Positions 41,180 to 51,971 are shown, counted from the stretch's first letter. The stretch: DNA of 64,000 nucleotides from Nitrosopumilus sp. (GCA_963662625.1 OY759726.1:1472001-1536000), one strand, 5' to 3'. Notes: generated from the letters alone by a model not told the origin. Made by a program: numbers and translations.

Positions 41180-41360
41180 GCCATATTCCGGGAGGACAAA
41201 AAATACGTCGGGGAATGGGCGCTGATTGTCGACGAGAGGGTGGCGTACCACGGGCCTGGCGGGGACGAGCTGCTGGCCTAGGTGAGGAAGGCCCAGAAAC
41301 GCGGCGTCTCCCCGCTGGTGCATTATGTCGGGGACGAGCACGACGCATTCCTGCTGTGAG
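41180..41360 (+). pseudogene. DUF5678-like small protein with internal stop
   Basis: KKYVGEWALIVDERVAYHG...ELLA*VRKA. Confidence 0.5.
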
Positions 41361-41369
41361 GCCCGCGCC

Positions 41370-41782
41370 ATGTCTGCCACATTCAGGTACATTCCTTTGA
41401 ATTACGGCGACCAACGTCTGAGGAGGCCTGCATTGGAGGTCGGCTTACCCACAAGTACAGCATCAACATTCACGCATACGTGGACAGCGGCGCATCGCAC
41501 ACATTTGTCCCACAAAGGCACGCAAAACTTGCCGGGCTTTTAGATGAAGGCAACACAGTGAAGGTTCAACATACTGAAAGATCATACGAGGCCAGGATGA
41601 TAGCTGTCAGGTCAATAGAGATAATGCGGGGCCAGGAAGTGTTTGAGAACATGCGTGGCCAGACGGTGCTGGTTGGAGAGAGCTACATCCAATTCTGCAT
41701 TCTTGGCCGGAATTCGGTCTTTAGGTATTTTGACATCACTTTCTATGAAAAGCGCAGGAGGGTTACGCCGATCCGTGTTTAG
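41370..41782 (+). pseudogene. Retropepsin-like (clan AA) aspartic protease, frameshifted
   Basis: MSATFRY...RRPALEV in one frame, then VDSGASHT...ILGRNSVFRYFDITF in another. Confidence 0.65.
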
Positions 41783-41784
41783 TG

Positions 41785-42205
41785 GAGACGTCAGTATTTG
41801 GCGGAACGGGCTGGCCGCTGGCGGCGCAGGCATTCCGGGGCGCATGAAGTATCCTGCAGGGACGCGTTCCTGCCGTGCTCCAGGGGGCCGCGCCGGTGCT
41901 TCGGGAAGGTGCACGCAATGATGGACGGCGCGTTGCCCCACACGGCCGGGGTCGTGAAAAAACGCGTCCCGCGCATCCCCGGCGCGGGGACCGCGTGCCT
42001 ACCCGCCGCCACACCGGAGCAGGACGCCGGGGGAGTGCCGGCGCAGGCCAGGGTGCGGCGTCCAGGCGCCGGGGATGCGCGGGAAGTTCGGGGGAACGGG
42101 GCGCACCCTGTCCGAATACCTGAGGACGTCCCACGCCAACCTGGACGTCATGAGGTACATCGACAGGAAGTCCTTGGCGCTCAAGAGCTTTTGAGCGTTG
42201 CTATA
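41785..42205 (+). mobile_element. 3' part of the unclassified IS (copy 3)
   Basis: HANLDVMRYIDRKSLALKSF* then GCGTTGCTATA; GC-rich decayed upstream part. Confidence 0.65.
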
Positions 42206-43177
42206 GAAGGGGTGGATCCTCCGTAACGTACAACTGCACCGAAAATTTGCAGACAAACTTGGCGCCGAGAATAGGCTCGCCTGAAAGCCGGACAATCTGA
42301 TACGGGGGGTTCGACGTGAGATGCGCCCTACACAACGCGTGCATGATCCTGCGGGAGTTCTGGTTCTCCCACGAGGGGAATGTCGCGGGGCTCCCCCGAA
42401 ATCCTATCAGGACGGGGCAAAACGGAAGCATGCCTATGTGGAAGGACGATGGCATGGATTTGCCATCGCCGCAAAGGAGGATCCGCATTCAACATGATGG
42501 GCACGAGCGGGAAGGGCCTGCTTACATACAGAGAACCGGGTAACCCCATGCGCAAAAAGCTTGTCTGCAGGCATGGCCGTGCAGCACCCTCATGATCCTG
42601 TGGGAATGGGGTTCAGCTCTAAGAGGCCCATCATCAGATACGCTGCGGCGGCAGACGACGATGCGGTACGGCAGCGGTGAGCCGATTCCACATGCGCGAT
42701 CTTGCGCGTAAAGAGGCGAAAAATGGCGATAGTGGTGCGGGACGGGCCCATGTTCATCTGGAGGGGATCCACTGGATGCGGTAGTGTCCCCGCGTCAGGG
42801 AAGGGGTTGCGGTCGGGAGGCCCGGCAAGAGGGCAGAACCGAGGCATGCGGCTCAATGGATAACGGGGCAGGACTGGCGTAAAGATATGGCAGGTCTGAC
42901 AGGGGCCTCATGAGTTGGCTAGAAGGTGAGTCCAAGGGCTGCATGCCTGCAAACAAGAGCCGCGACTTGGATACCGTGTTAAGGCAATCCGTGCCCGCAA
43001 GACTGTTTGAATATAACATGTACGGGATACAGTTAAGCAAAAAGTGGCCTAACCCTGGCATCGGGGGGACGCGCTCTGGCATTGCATCAGCATGAACAGT
43101 GTACAGATCATGGCGCCTTTCACTTAACTGGGATACCTGCAAGATTTATTTACGCCAGGTGCAGACTCTAATGACCC

Positions 43178-44689
43178 GTGAGTGAGCTAACCCCGCGCCA
43201 AGCAAAATTAAAAGAAAAGTTAGAAACATTCTGCGACAGGGTAATGTGCTGGCCCCTTCCGCTAAAAATTGAGGAGATATGGGGGTTTGGAAGCTTCTTT
43301 AGACTAAAGGACATCCCCACAGACATTGATCTGGTTTTAAAATACTCAACCCGCAACCCGAGTTACGAGACATTCGAATCAATTTTACACAAATCACTCA
43401 AGCTGGTCAGCACCATCGAATCCCCCAAGGAGGCGTTCACCCATGTCGCAAAACAAGAGCTGGCTAAAGGAGAGTTCGATACACTGATGCCTGCCTTTAC
43501 ACAATGGATCGAGAGATTCACATGGGATATTATATTTGGAGGAATAATGTCCATCCCTCAGGCTGCCATCAATGAAGAGACAATCACGAAGAGGGTTCTG
43601 GTGCACGAGCTCAAGGGACTCCAAATATTTAAAATCGTTTCAATGCAGCAATCCCTGGATTGGCTGAACGCAGAAAGCATCCACAAGGTGTGGGACAGAG
43701 CCTACCCGGATGCACCCGCAAACCTGGGCGCGATATTGTCCCCCGAAACCGTAAGGGCGACTAGGATCAAGGAGGCGAGGAACTTTGCACGGCAAATATC
43801 CAGCCACAGGCAGGAGTATGACATCCTAGCAATGCTGATAAGCCACATAAGGGCGCTCAAAAGCGCAAGCGCAGGGCGTGAAAATTTTGAAAAAATATTG
43901 AGTAAAAAAACCGCGGAAAAACACCCCGACATGCCCAAAAAAACCACCGACCAAATCATCCGCAACATTACTTTGGCACGTCCTAACGAGCGCGCCATCC
44001 CCCCGCTGGAGACGCCTGACGAATACCAGGCGCTCTCAGATCCGAAGATAAAGGAGTGCGTTGAAAAGAAGCGCCTGGAGTTGAAATGCGTATACAAAAG
44101 CGTCATCGTGGCACGAAAGACACTGCACCATCTGTACGATCTCAAAAGCACCCCAAAAACCGAACGACTGCAAAAGTTCGGAGACGACGAGCTTACTGCC
44201 TGGAGAGTCATATCAGACATACCAAAAAAGCAAGTGGACGAGGACGCAATCCGCAAGACCTTGAGGGAATTAAGGTTCCCGGAGGAAAAAGTGCTCGAAA
44301 GGAAAGGGCGTGGAAGATACCGGTATTTCATCCCCGCCACCGAAAAGGAAAGACTGGATGCCATCCGCTGGAACGAGAAAAGCGACGCCGAGGCAAAATA
44401 CCGCCGCATGTTGCGCCCGGCCGCTACGGGATTCGGCAGGCACGTGAGTTTTTTAGTCAATCTTGATCGCAAGCTAAACCCCGCCAGCGTAGATCTGTCG
44501 TTTTACCATTACTGCCATGGCGAGGAAATCCCAGAGTCGGTGAACAAGGAGGTCGAGTTCCTAAAGGGTAGGGGGTTTGCAGTCGACCGCGGCAGGTCGC
44601 ACGTATATGCCAAACTGACAATCGAACTGGCTGAATGCAATACAAACAAAGGGATGCGGGAAAAAATAAGAAACGCGTTACGGCGGTAG
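43178..44689 (+). CDS. Protein with N-terminal Pol-beta-type nucleotidyltransferase motif and long unknown C-terminus
   Basis: IEEIWGFGSFF...TDIDLVL fits hG[GS]x(9-13)DhD; 503 aa. Confidence 0.7.
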   Translation: MSELTPRQAKLKEKLETFCDRVMCWPLPLKIEEIWGFGSFFRLKDIPTDIDLVLKYSTRNPSYETFESILHKSLKLVSTIESPKEAFTHVAKQELAKGEFDTLMPAFTQWIERFTWDIIFGGIMSIPQAAINEETITKRVLVHELKGLQIFKIVSMQQSLDWLNAESIHKVWDRAYPDAPANLGAILSPETVRATRIKEARNFARQISSHRQEYDILAMLISHIRALKSASAGRENFEKILSKKTAEKHPDMPKKTTDQIIRNITLARPNERAIPPLETPDEYQALSDPKIKECVEKKRLELKCVYKSVIVARKTLHHLYDLKSTPKTERLQKFGDDELTAWRVISDIPKKQVDEDAIRKTLRELRFPEEKVLERKGRGRYRYFIPATEKERLDAIRWNEKSDAEAKYRRMLRPAATGFGRHVSFLVNLDRKLNPASVDLSFYHYCHGEEIPESVNKEVEFLKGRGFAVDRGRSHVYAKLTIELAECNTNKGMREKIRNALRR

Positions 44690-44809
44690 CGGGCCCCGTG
44701 TGGGCCCGCCCAAAACACGTCCTGCGGTGCCCCCGCCCGCGGCGCGGCTATTTTTTCGGGATCCGGAGACTGCGGGATTCTGGCGCCAGGTTGCCTGCAT
44801 GCAGTTTGG

Positions 44810-45450
44810 TGTGGACCCCGCTAGAAGGAGGCCGATCGCCGATGCACACTTTAACGATGGGAGGCAAGACAGGGCATGAAGGACAAGAAAACCCAATGGA
44901 GCACGGACGAGAAGGCACGCATGGTGCTGCAGACGTTCAGCCCCGGGGCCAGCGTGGCCGGGCCGTGCCGCCAGCACAACCTGGCCCCCAGGACGCTGTA
45001 CAACTGGAAGGAAAGGTTCCTTGCGGGCGGGCGCGGTTCCTTGGAGGGCTCCGACGCGGCAGCACTGGCCAGGAGCCACAGGAGGGGGGCGTCCTCCCTC
45101 AAGCGGATAATAGGCGAGTGCGCCGTGGCAAACGAGGCGTTAAAAAAAACCTTGGGGGGAGAGCGAGAGCGGGCGCGGCGCGCATGATACGTGACGTGGT
45201 CGGGCCCAACGCGTCCCTCAGGCCGTGCGGCGCCTCGAAGAAGGCGTGGCACTGCGTCCCCGGGCCGAGGGACGTCCCGCCGGACCCGGAGGTGCGGGAC
45301 GCGGTGCGCAGGATCGCGCCCGCAAGGCCCACGTACGGCACGCGCCGCATGGCGGCCCAGCTCTCCGGGGACATGGGCCGCCCGGTGAACCGCAAGGCCG
45401 TGCGGCGCGTGTTCCGGGCACTGGGATGGGGTGCCCCCGCACGCACAAAA
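44810..45450 (+). mobile_element. Truncated IS3-family element (orfA plus start of orfB)
   Basis: WSTDEKARMVL...RTLYNWKERF...ALKKT; A-run slippery site near 45142; orfB PTYGTRRM...VNRKAVRR; left end TGTGGACCCCGCTAG. Confidence 0.8.
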
Positions 45451-45505
45451 CGGATCATGTCGGGTCCGTTCCCGGCTGATCCGTTTGGAACTGTGATGGT
45501 TGCAT

Positions 45506-45542
45506 ATTTGACGTACATTTGACGTACATTTGACGTACATTT
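45506..45542. repeat. 11-bp tandem repeat (ATTTGACGTAC), 3.4 copies
   Basis: Read directly from the sequence. Confidence 0.9.
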
Positions 45543-45922
45543 CGTGTTACTGATTATTACTAAAGCAGTTATGTACCACGGACGCCTAAGTGAGGCATGA
45601 TGCGCCCCCACGCGTGCACAAAACCCGCGCCGCCAGGCCCGGCCAGCATTTCGCCAAACCGGGAAAACGGGGCCGGGAGGGCAAGCGGGGGGACGCGCGC
45701 CTGGCGGCCGGGACTTGCAGGGGCCCGCGGCGTTCCCCCGGCCGCCGCCGCGGCCAACGCCGCAAGCGGCCCGCCGCGGGGATCGGCTGCCAAGCGCCGC
45801 AACGCGAGGTGCCGGGAGTGGGCGGCGATCCCGGCCGCGCCCCCCGGACGCGGCGGGGCGCCGGGGGGCATGGCCTGGCGGCGGCGCGGGGATGCCGCGG
45901 TGCAGGCGGGGGGCGCGGGGGA

Positions 45923-47143
45923 TTGAGGGAGACGCCGCCGGTCGAGGGGAAGTTCTTCTGCGTGCACGTGGCAAGGGACGTGTGCGACCTCGTCGAGATC
46001 GCCGTGCGGAAGAGGCGCTTCTACAAGATAGCGCTCTTCAGGGTCACCGGAGCCAGGCACCGCAGCGCCCAGAGGCTGCTGGAATACTATTCGTGCAAAA
46101 AATGCTTCACGTCAGTCGTGGAAAAGGCCGCCGGGCCCAAGAACGCGGAAGGGGGAGCCGGGCACGGATACAAGGTCACGTGGAGCGGAATGCGGTACGC
46201 GGAACGCATGCACCTCCGCGCGAAATACGTGCCGGGCCGCGGCGCGGTAGCGAGCTGGAACGGCCTTACCCTGGGCTCGTACCATGCGGTAAGGGACGGG
46301 GTCGGCTCTACACTGGGATCGGGGTATGACATAGACGCGCGAGGGGCGGGGGCGGCGTGGCGCCGGGCGCTTGGCCTGGCACTTGACGAGTACGGCCGCA
46401 TGGCACGCATGCGGCGCCCCGGCAAGTGGGGGGCGGGCAGGCCGCTGGACGAAAACTGGCTCAGCGGCCAGAAGCGGCCGGTAAGGATCCTGCTGACCAG
46501 GATGGCCAAGGCCAAGCTGGCGTCGCTGGATTACGGGGAAAGCCCCAAGTTTCACCGCGCGTTCGGCACGTTTCCAAGCATCGCGGGGGGCAGAAAGTGC
46601 GCCGGGTGCGGCGTATACCTGGAGAGGAGGGCAAAAGACAGGTGCAGGTTCTGCAGGAAACCCAGAAAAAGCAGGTACGTGGCCGTCCCGAAGGCCGCAA
46701 GGAGGATGGCCGCAAGGACCGCGGGAGCGGAGGGCAGGAAGGAGAGGAGGGCAGAACGGTTCGAGAGCGAAGGCGAGCGCACCGTGATATCTGAGAGCGT
46801 CGAGGCGAAGGGGATCCGCGAGACTGCCTCGGAGTTGTCCGAGGACTACGGCAGGCCAGAGGCCCTGAGGATGCTGAGGGAGACAGGGGTAGGAAAAGAC
46901 GAGCTGGAGGACTATTACGAGGACATGGACCCCTGCGAGAGGGAGGGCGAGCGCCCCGTGGCGTCTGAGAGCGTCGAGGCGAAGGGGATCCGCGAGACTG
47001 CCTCGGAGTTAATCGAGGACTACGGCAGGCCAGAGGCCCTGAGGATGCTGAGGGAGACAGGGGCAGGAAAAGACGAGCTGGAGGACTATTACGAGGACAT
47101 GGACCCCTGCGAGAGGGAGGAGAGCGAGCGGGACTCGCGGTAG
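45923..47143 (+). CDS. Hypothetical protein: wHTH-like N-terminus, CxxC..CxxC Zn motif, duplicated acidic 58-aa C-terminal unit
   Basis: YKVTWSGMRY wing motif; CAGC...CRFC; probable TTG start at 45923. Confidence 0.6.
   Translation: MRETPPVEGKFFCVHVARDVCDLVEIAVRKRRFYKIALFRVTGARHRSAQRLLEYYSCKKCFTSVVEKAAGPKNAEGGAGHGYKVTWSGMRYAERMHLRAKYVPGRGAVASWNGLTLGSYHAVRDGVGSTLGSGYDIDARGAGAAWRRALGLALDEYGRMARMRRPGKWGAGRPLDENWLSGQKRPVRILLTRMAKAKLASLDYGESPKFHRAFGTFPSIAGGRKCAGCGVYLERRAKDRCRFCRKPRKSRYVAVPKAARRMAARTAGAEGRKERRAERFESEGERTVISESVEAKGIRETASELSEDYGRPEALRMLRETGVGKDELEDYYEDMDPCEREGERPVASESVEAKGIRETASELIEDYGRPEALRMLRETGAGKDELEDYYEDMDPCEREESERDSR
46762..47120 (+). repeat. 174-bp near-identical in-frame tandem duplication
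   Basis: TCTGAGAGCGTCGAGGCG at 46790 and 46964; SESVEAKGIRETASEL...YYEDMDPCERE twice. Confidence 0.9.
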
Positions 47144-47472
47144 TGCCGGACGGGGGACCAAAAAAACCGCCATTTCGGCGGCCTCCCCGCCCATGGCGGC
47201 GATCGAGGATCCCCGCCGGCGCGCCTCCGCCGCGCCGGGCCCGGCGTGGAACTTGCCGTACCGCTCCATCAGGTGCACGCCCACCGCAGCGCCGGGATTC
47301 TAGTCCTCGCCGACCTGCCGCGGCGGCCGCAGGGTGCGCAGCTGCCGCAACACCATGTCCGCCATGCGGCCGCACGCCTCCCGCCGGATGGTCCCGGACG
47401 ACGCGTCCCGCGCCAGCCCGCCGCCCCGGGCGCCGCGCCTGTATTTTTATAACGTTGCCGCGTACCGGCGGC

Positions 47473-48156
47473 GTGGACCGCCTGCACCTTGCGCTCTTGA
47501 TCGTGCTGGCCGGCTGCGCCACGACGGCCGCGTCCCTCGCCCAGGGAGACCCGTACGTGCCGCCGTGGGTCAGGGACGCCGCCCTGTGGTGGGGCCAGGG
47601 GCTCGTCAGCGACTCGGAGTTCCTAGGCCTGGTGCAGTTCCTGGTGGACAGGGACATGATCACGGTGCCACCCGGCGGGCCGCAGGTCCGGGAACTGCAA
47701 GGCGAGGTGGACAGGCTGAAGGCCTCCAACGCGGCTGGGCTCCGGGACGCCTATGACAGGGGGTATGCCGACGGGCTGGCCGCGGCCCCGCCAGACCCGG
47801 GGGTCGTGCACGGCACGGTCACCAGAAACATCGACGGCAACACCATCGAGATATCCGGGCAGAAGATACGGCTCCCGTTCGTAGACGTCGAGGACTCCGG
47901 GAACGCGAGCATGCCCCACGCAAAGTACGCGAGGGAGCTGTGCCCCGTGGGCGCAAAGGCGCACTATGACGTCGACGACGACAAGCCGGTCGGCAAGTAC
48001 GGGAGGACCATCGCGATGGTGTGGTGCGGGGACCACGCCAAGCCGCTTGACCAGCTCATGGTGGAGTCCGGCCTGGGGTGGATCAGCAAGTACTGGTGCG
48101 AGAGATCGGAGTTCCAAAGCCTGGACTGGGTCGACGGCTGCCGCGCGGGCAGGTGA
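47473..48156 (+). CDS. Secreted thermonuclease (SNase-like) with thaumarchaeal 'PxW...WW' domain
   Basis: Signal peptide; VPPWVRDAALWWGQGLVSDSEFL; IDGNTI, IRLPFVD.E, KYGRTIAMV; TTTTATAA about 25 nt upstream of GTG. Confidence 0.8.
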   Translation: MDRLHLALLIVLAGCATTAASLAQGDPYVPPWVRDAALWWGQGLVSDSEFLGLVQFLVDRDMITVPPGGPQVRELQGEVDRLKASNAAGLRDAYDRGYADGLAAAPPDPGVVHGTVTRNIDGNTIEISGQKIRLPFVDVEDSGNASMPHAKYARELCPVGAKAHYDVDDDKPVGKYGRTIAMVWCGDHAKPLDQLMVESGLGWISKYWCERSEFQSLDWVDGCRAGR

Positions 48157-48303
48157 CGGGCTTGCATTCCTGCCCTTCTTCGGCACCGGGGGGGGGGGGG
48201 CGGCCGGCAGCGGCCATGTGTCAGCAGGCAAAATTGAGGCCGGTTTTCCGATCTATTCCTGCGAATTTCCGGCGTTATCGCACTATAATGTCGATTTAAA
48301 CCT

Positions 48304-48860
48304 TATAGCATTACGAACAAAACGTGCGAAAACATATAGAATTCCCGCACGCCAACCTGTGAAGGCCAAGGTGGGGGTTCCTTGCCGCCCATCCTTGTCA
48401 CGCCTGTGGGCGCAGCTGCGACCCGGAGTCCTACCGGGGCCGCTCTCCCAAAACGCCCCGCGCGTGACGCCCCGGCACCGCACAGCATGGAGTCCCGGGC
48501 CCCGCGTGTCGGGGGATGGCGCGCAAGCGCGCCTGCTGCCCGCGCCCCGCACGTTCCCGGCGGGCCAGCCAAGACCCGCCGCGCGGCGCCCTTCGGGCAT
48601 GCCTTTTTGGACGCCGACAACGCGGGCGGCGCAATTCCTACGAATGGGAGCTCAGGCCGATGCAGTCCGGGTCCATCTCCTCGCAGCCGTCGAGCGAGGG
48701 CCACCTGCAATATTTTCCAAGGCCGCGCCGCCCTGCCCAATCCGCGCCGTCTGCATGCCTACTATGTTTTGCCATGATAGGGCAAGTTTCCACCGTGCCG
48801 ATAAATACATTCCCTGGACGCCCGTCTTCCCTGAAGTGCCTCACGGATACGTCGGGGGCA
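48304..48860 (-). pseudogene. Degenerate transposase remnant
   Basis: GC-rich broken frames ending at a TATAGCA terminus similar to the other IS ends; family not assigned. Confidence 0.35.
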
Positions 48861-48864
48861 GGGG

Positions 48865-49011
48865 TTCCGGCGGCACATATCGGCCACGCTGGCCCCCTGG
48901 ATGAACGCCTGCAGCACCACGCGCACCTTCTCGTCCGTGCTCCGTCGTGCCCTCCCTTGCCCCCATCGCTAAAGCGCGCAGCGGAGATCTGCCTCCTAGC
49001 GGGATCCGCAC
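48865..49011 (-). mobile_element. Second IS3 left-end fragment, inverted relative to 44810
   Basis: Reverse complement TGCGGATCCCGCTAGGAGG...GGAGCACGGACGAGAAGG matches 44810-44940. Confidence 0.7.
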
Positions 49012-49102
49012 CGCATCTCATGCTGAACAAACCCACGACGCTATGCCTCTAGGATGCCGACATGATTTTTTAAGGGCGGCGCCACACGACCGGTGCCGCC
49101 CC

Positions 49103-49519
49103 ATGGTTCCAGACGTCTTCTCGAAGGAAAAAAGATCCGAGGTGATGCGGGGCATAAAGGGCAAGGGCACCAAGCTCGAGCTGGAGACGGCCCGAATGCT
49201 GCGCCGCGCCAAGATCAAGTACAGGTCGCATCCGAAGATCTACGGATCCCCGGACTTTTTGGTGGATGGGAGGCTTCTGCTCTTCTGCGACGGCTCGTTC
49301 TGGCACGGCAGGAATTGGAAGGTGCTGAGGGCGCGGCTAGCCGCCGGCAACGATCCCGGCTATTGGGTCAGGCACATCGAAACCAACAGGAAACGCGACA
49401 GGAAGGTCAACCGGATCCTGGCAGAACGGGGGTACCAGGTGCTCCGGCTCTGGGATACGGACCTGCAGAAGCGACCCGAGAAGTGCGTGGAGAAGATCAA
49501 AAAAGCGCTGCGTTCCTGA
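49103..49519 (+). CDS. vsr: Very-short-patch repair endonuclease (second copy)
   Basis: DVFSKEKRSEVM, GSPDF, FCDGSFWHG, YWVRHIETN, LRLWD. Confidence 0.9.
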   Translation: MVPDVFSKEKRSEVMRGIKGKGTKLELETARMLRRAKIKYRSHPKIYGSPDFLVDGRLLLFCDGSFWHGRNWKVLRARLAAGNDPGYWVRHIETNRKRDRKVNRILAERGYQVLRLWDTDLQKRPEKCVEKIKKALRS

Positions 49520-49900
49520 ACGGCGAGCAATGCTGATTTTTGACCGTGGAGCCTGGAATGGTGATCATCGAAAACCTCGCCCCGGGTGTAACGGTACAGA
49601 AATTTGCACAATGCCCAGCTTGATCGGCTGCGCCCTGAAATGCTCTGAAACTGCACGCTTTACCTCCCCCGGCGCCTCGCAGTGCATGGGAGTGGCCGGT
49701 TCGTGCCTTGCCCAATTTCGTACCGCCACCGCCGTGGTGAACTCCGATGTGGCAGTAGGCATGTGCGGCATGTCGATTTCGTGTGTTCCTTGGTATGCTT
49801 ATAACACGCAGCCTGGCGATCAACAAGCTTTTCTGCTGTGCTACCCTTTATAGGGGGGTTCTCTGCGAGCGCCATTCTAGCACCCTACTAAAATATCATA

Positions 49901-50887
49901 TTGGAGAGTAAAATGCATATGAAAAAGGAAACCATGGATATGTCTGACGCTGAACGAGGGATATCGGATATTGCCTCATCCGAAGGCGATTTATCTGATT
50001 TCACAGCAATCTGCAGGTTGATTTGTAATAATCGCGCAATCTCAAAAGACAGACTTTTCAAAATCATCAAGAATTCCATTATAAACAAATCAGACGCCGT
50101 GATTGAGCGAAAATTAAACATTATGTGCAAATTAGACCTGTTAGATTTGGCCAACCAAAAATTTGTACTCCGCGCTAATGGTAAAATATTGGTTGAAATA
50201 AGCAACAAACAATCTGTTTTTTCAGAAAAAATAGAAAAGGCATTTTATTTTATAATATTATTCAGTTCGAAAGCAAGACTGCAACTCACCTCGCTCCTTC
50301 AATCTATAAACGAACAAAATGGAGACGATAAAAGGGAAAACATTGCAAGATATTTTAAAGCAAATATAGTCCAGGAGATATGGAATAAAAAAACAATCGA
50401 AAAGAATCTTACCGCTTTAGAAACAACACAAAGATTGCCAAGCATGCTTAACAATAAATTTTCTTGCATGGAAAAATGGTTAGAGTTTATTGATCTAATA
50501 GAAATAAGAAAAAATGGCCTGCACGCAAATTTGACTTCGGGGCTGATTAGCTCGCTGCTAAACCCAGAAAACAAGAAAAACATATTTGGCGAAGCCGCAA
50601 CAAAGTATTACACCGAATCCAAAGAATTCCGCATTAAGCAGCACTATCGAGATTTGTGTACGTATTTTCTTGAGGGCCATGGTAAATTCCTCACCCCTGC
50701 CGGAATCAGTGACGCCGAAGCAGTAGCAAAATTCGTGTGCTTGCAATTACTCAAATCAAACATAATCTTGGAAGAGAACGGTTTTTTCAAACTGACCAAG
50801 AAATTAAAAAAAGACAAAATCCTTCGCTCAGTAATGATGGGCAGGGACGGCACGCCTAAGAATTTCGGCGTGGATTACTATACCTGA
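49901..50887 (+). CDS. Hypothetical AT-rich protein, possibly tandem winged helices; convergent partner of the TGT operon
   Basis: 328-aa ORF; LDLL...FVLRANG and WLEFIDLI segments resemble wHTH wings; overlaps the next gene's 3' end by 32 nt. Start may be 49913 or 49919. Confidence 0.7.
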   Translation: MESKMHMKKETMDMSDAERGISDIASSEGDLSDFTAICRLICNNRAISKDRLFKIIKNSIINKSDAVIERKLNIMCKLDLLDLANQKFVLRANGKILVEISNKQSVFSEKIEKAFYFIILFSSKARLQLTSLLQSINEQNGDDKRENIARYFKANIVQEIWNKKTIEKNLTALETTQRLPSMLNNKFSCMEKWLEFIDLIEIRKNGLHANLTSGLISSLLNPENKKNIFGEAATKYYTESKEFRIKQHYRDLCTYFLEGHGKFLTPAGISDAEAVAKFVCLQLLKSNIILEENGFFKLTKKLKKDKILRSVMMGRDGTPKNFGVDYYT

Positions 50888-51971
50888 GAATGTTTTTGTT
50901 CCTAGCGACAAATTCCGAATTAATATGATCGAGATCTTTTTCAGCCGCCTCCCGCACCAGCCGTCCACAGTTGGGGAGAAGAAACCCCGGATAGTGGTAT
51001 TCGGGGCCCATCAGCCCGAATAATCCGTCTAAGGCATCATCACAAAAGGGAAGCAGTTTGTCTCTCTGCGTGTCTGATTCCCCCAAATAAAGACTGTGGT
51101 GAACACGCAAAAACTCTGAAACATGCTCAGCGCCAAGACTGTCAAGCGGCACCAAGTAATCAAATCTTCTTGAGAGCTGCTCGGAAAACCCGATGTCATA
51201 CCACTCGTCTTCTTTCTCAGCTGTAAATGATGCGATTAGCGCAAAATTTTCTGAAAAATCGTCCAGGAGGGCTCTTAAACTGTCGCCTATGGCGTTGCTA
51301 ATTCTGATTGGAGTGTTTTCTAATTCGTCAATGACCAGTACTACCGGCCCAAAATTTTTGCAAAGGTGGGCGATTAGCTCCTTTAGCATCGTTAGTCTTT
51401 TGTAATCGCCGTCTAAGGCATAAGTAATGTCCAATTTGTCAAGCTCTGAGACTGAAAGGCGCTCGCCGAACAACCATTTTTTTGCAAGTTCGGGTTCCCT
51501 CAAATTAGTGCTAATCATATAGAGGGCTTTTGCCAATTCGGTGTTTGGAATTAACTTCTCCCAATTCGCGGTAGAGCCGTTACCATATTTTGCCTTAATA
51601 AAATCTGCTATATTTTTAAGGTTGTTTTTCATGAAATATGAAATGGCTTCCCTATACATTACTGAAAAAGATGGTTCTACTGCAGGGATCAGCGTGTAGA
51701 TAAAAATGATGTTCTGGGAACCGTGCGAGCGTCTGACTAGCTCCTTGCTGATGATTTTCGTAAGCCAGGTTTTGCCGCTGCCTGTCTGGCCAAAAATTCT
51801 CATTCCCACGCGAGCCCCCCCCGAAACATCCTCCAAAAACTGATCCAATTTTTTCCTTGCGTCCGCCAAGTCCGGCCTATCCCACTCGAGAAATTTTTCA
51901 TCAATCTTGTAAGGGTTGGTTGATTCGTAGGGATTTTGAACAAAATGGTACTTTTCAAAATATCTGGACAT
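50856..51971 (-). CDS. AAA+/P-loop ATPase (BrxD/Orc-like)
   Basis: N-terminal NPY, Walker A GQTGSGKT, Walker B LVIDELE, LSRRF arginine finger. Confidence 0.85.
   Translation of the reverse strand: MSRYFEKYHFVQNPYESTNPYKIDEKFLEWDRPDLADARKKLDQFLEDVSGGARVGMRIFGQTGSGKTWLTKIISKELVRRSHGSQNIIFIYTLIPAVEPSFSVMYREAISYFMKNNLKNIADFIKAKYGNGSTANWEKLIPNTELAKALYMISTNLREPELAKKWLFGERLSVSELDKLDITYALDGDYKRLTMLKELIAHLCKNFGPVVLVIDELENTPIRISNAIGDSLRALLDDFSENFALIASFTAEKEDEWYDIGFSEQLSRRFDYLVPLDSLGAEHVSEFLRVHHSLYLGESDTQRDKLLPFCDDALDGLFGLMGPEYHYPGFLLPNCGRLVREAAEKDLDHINSEFVARNKNILRYSNPRRNS

Noticed and set aside
42210-43170. About 1 kb without a convincing gene; considered ncRNA or array
   Set aside because: No repeats or recognisable RNA structure seen by eye.
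48188-48200. G13 homopolymer as a phase-variation switch
   Set aside because: Intergenic, downstream of a stop codon, with no gene or promoter evidently affected.
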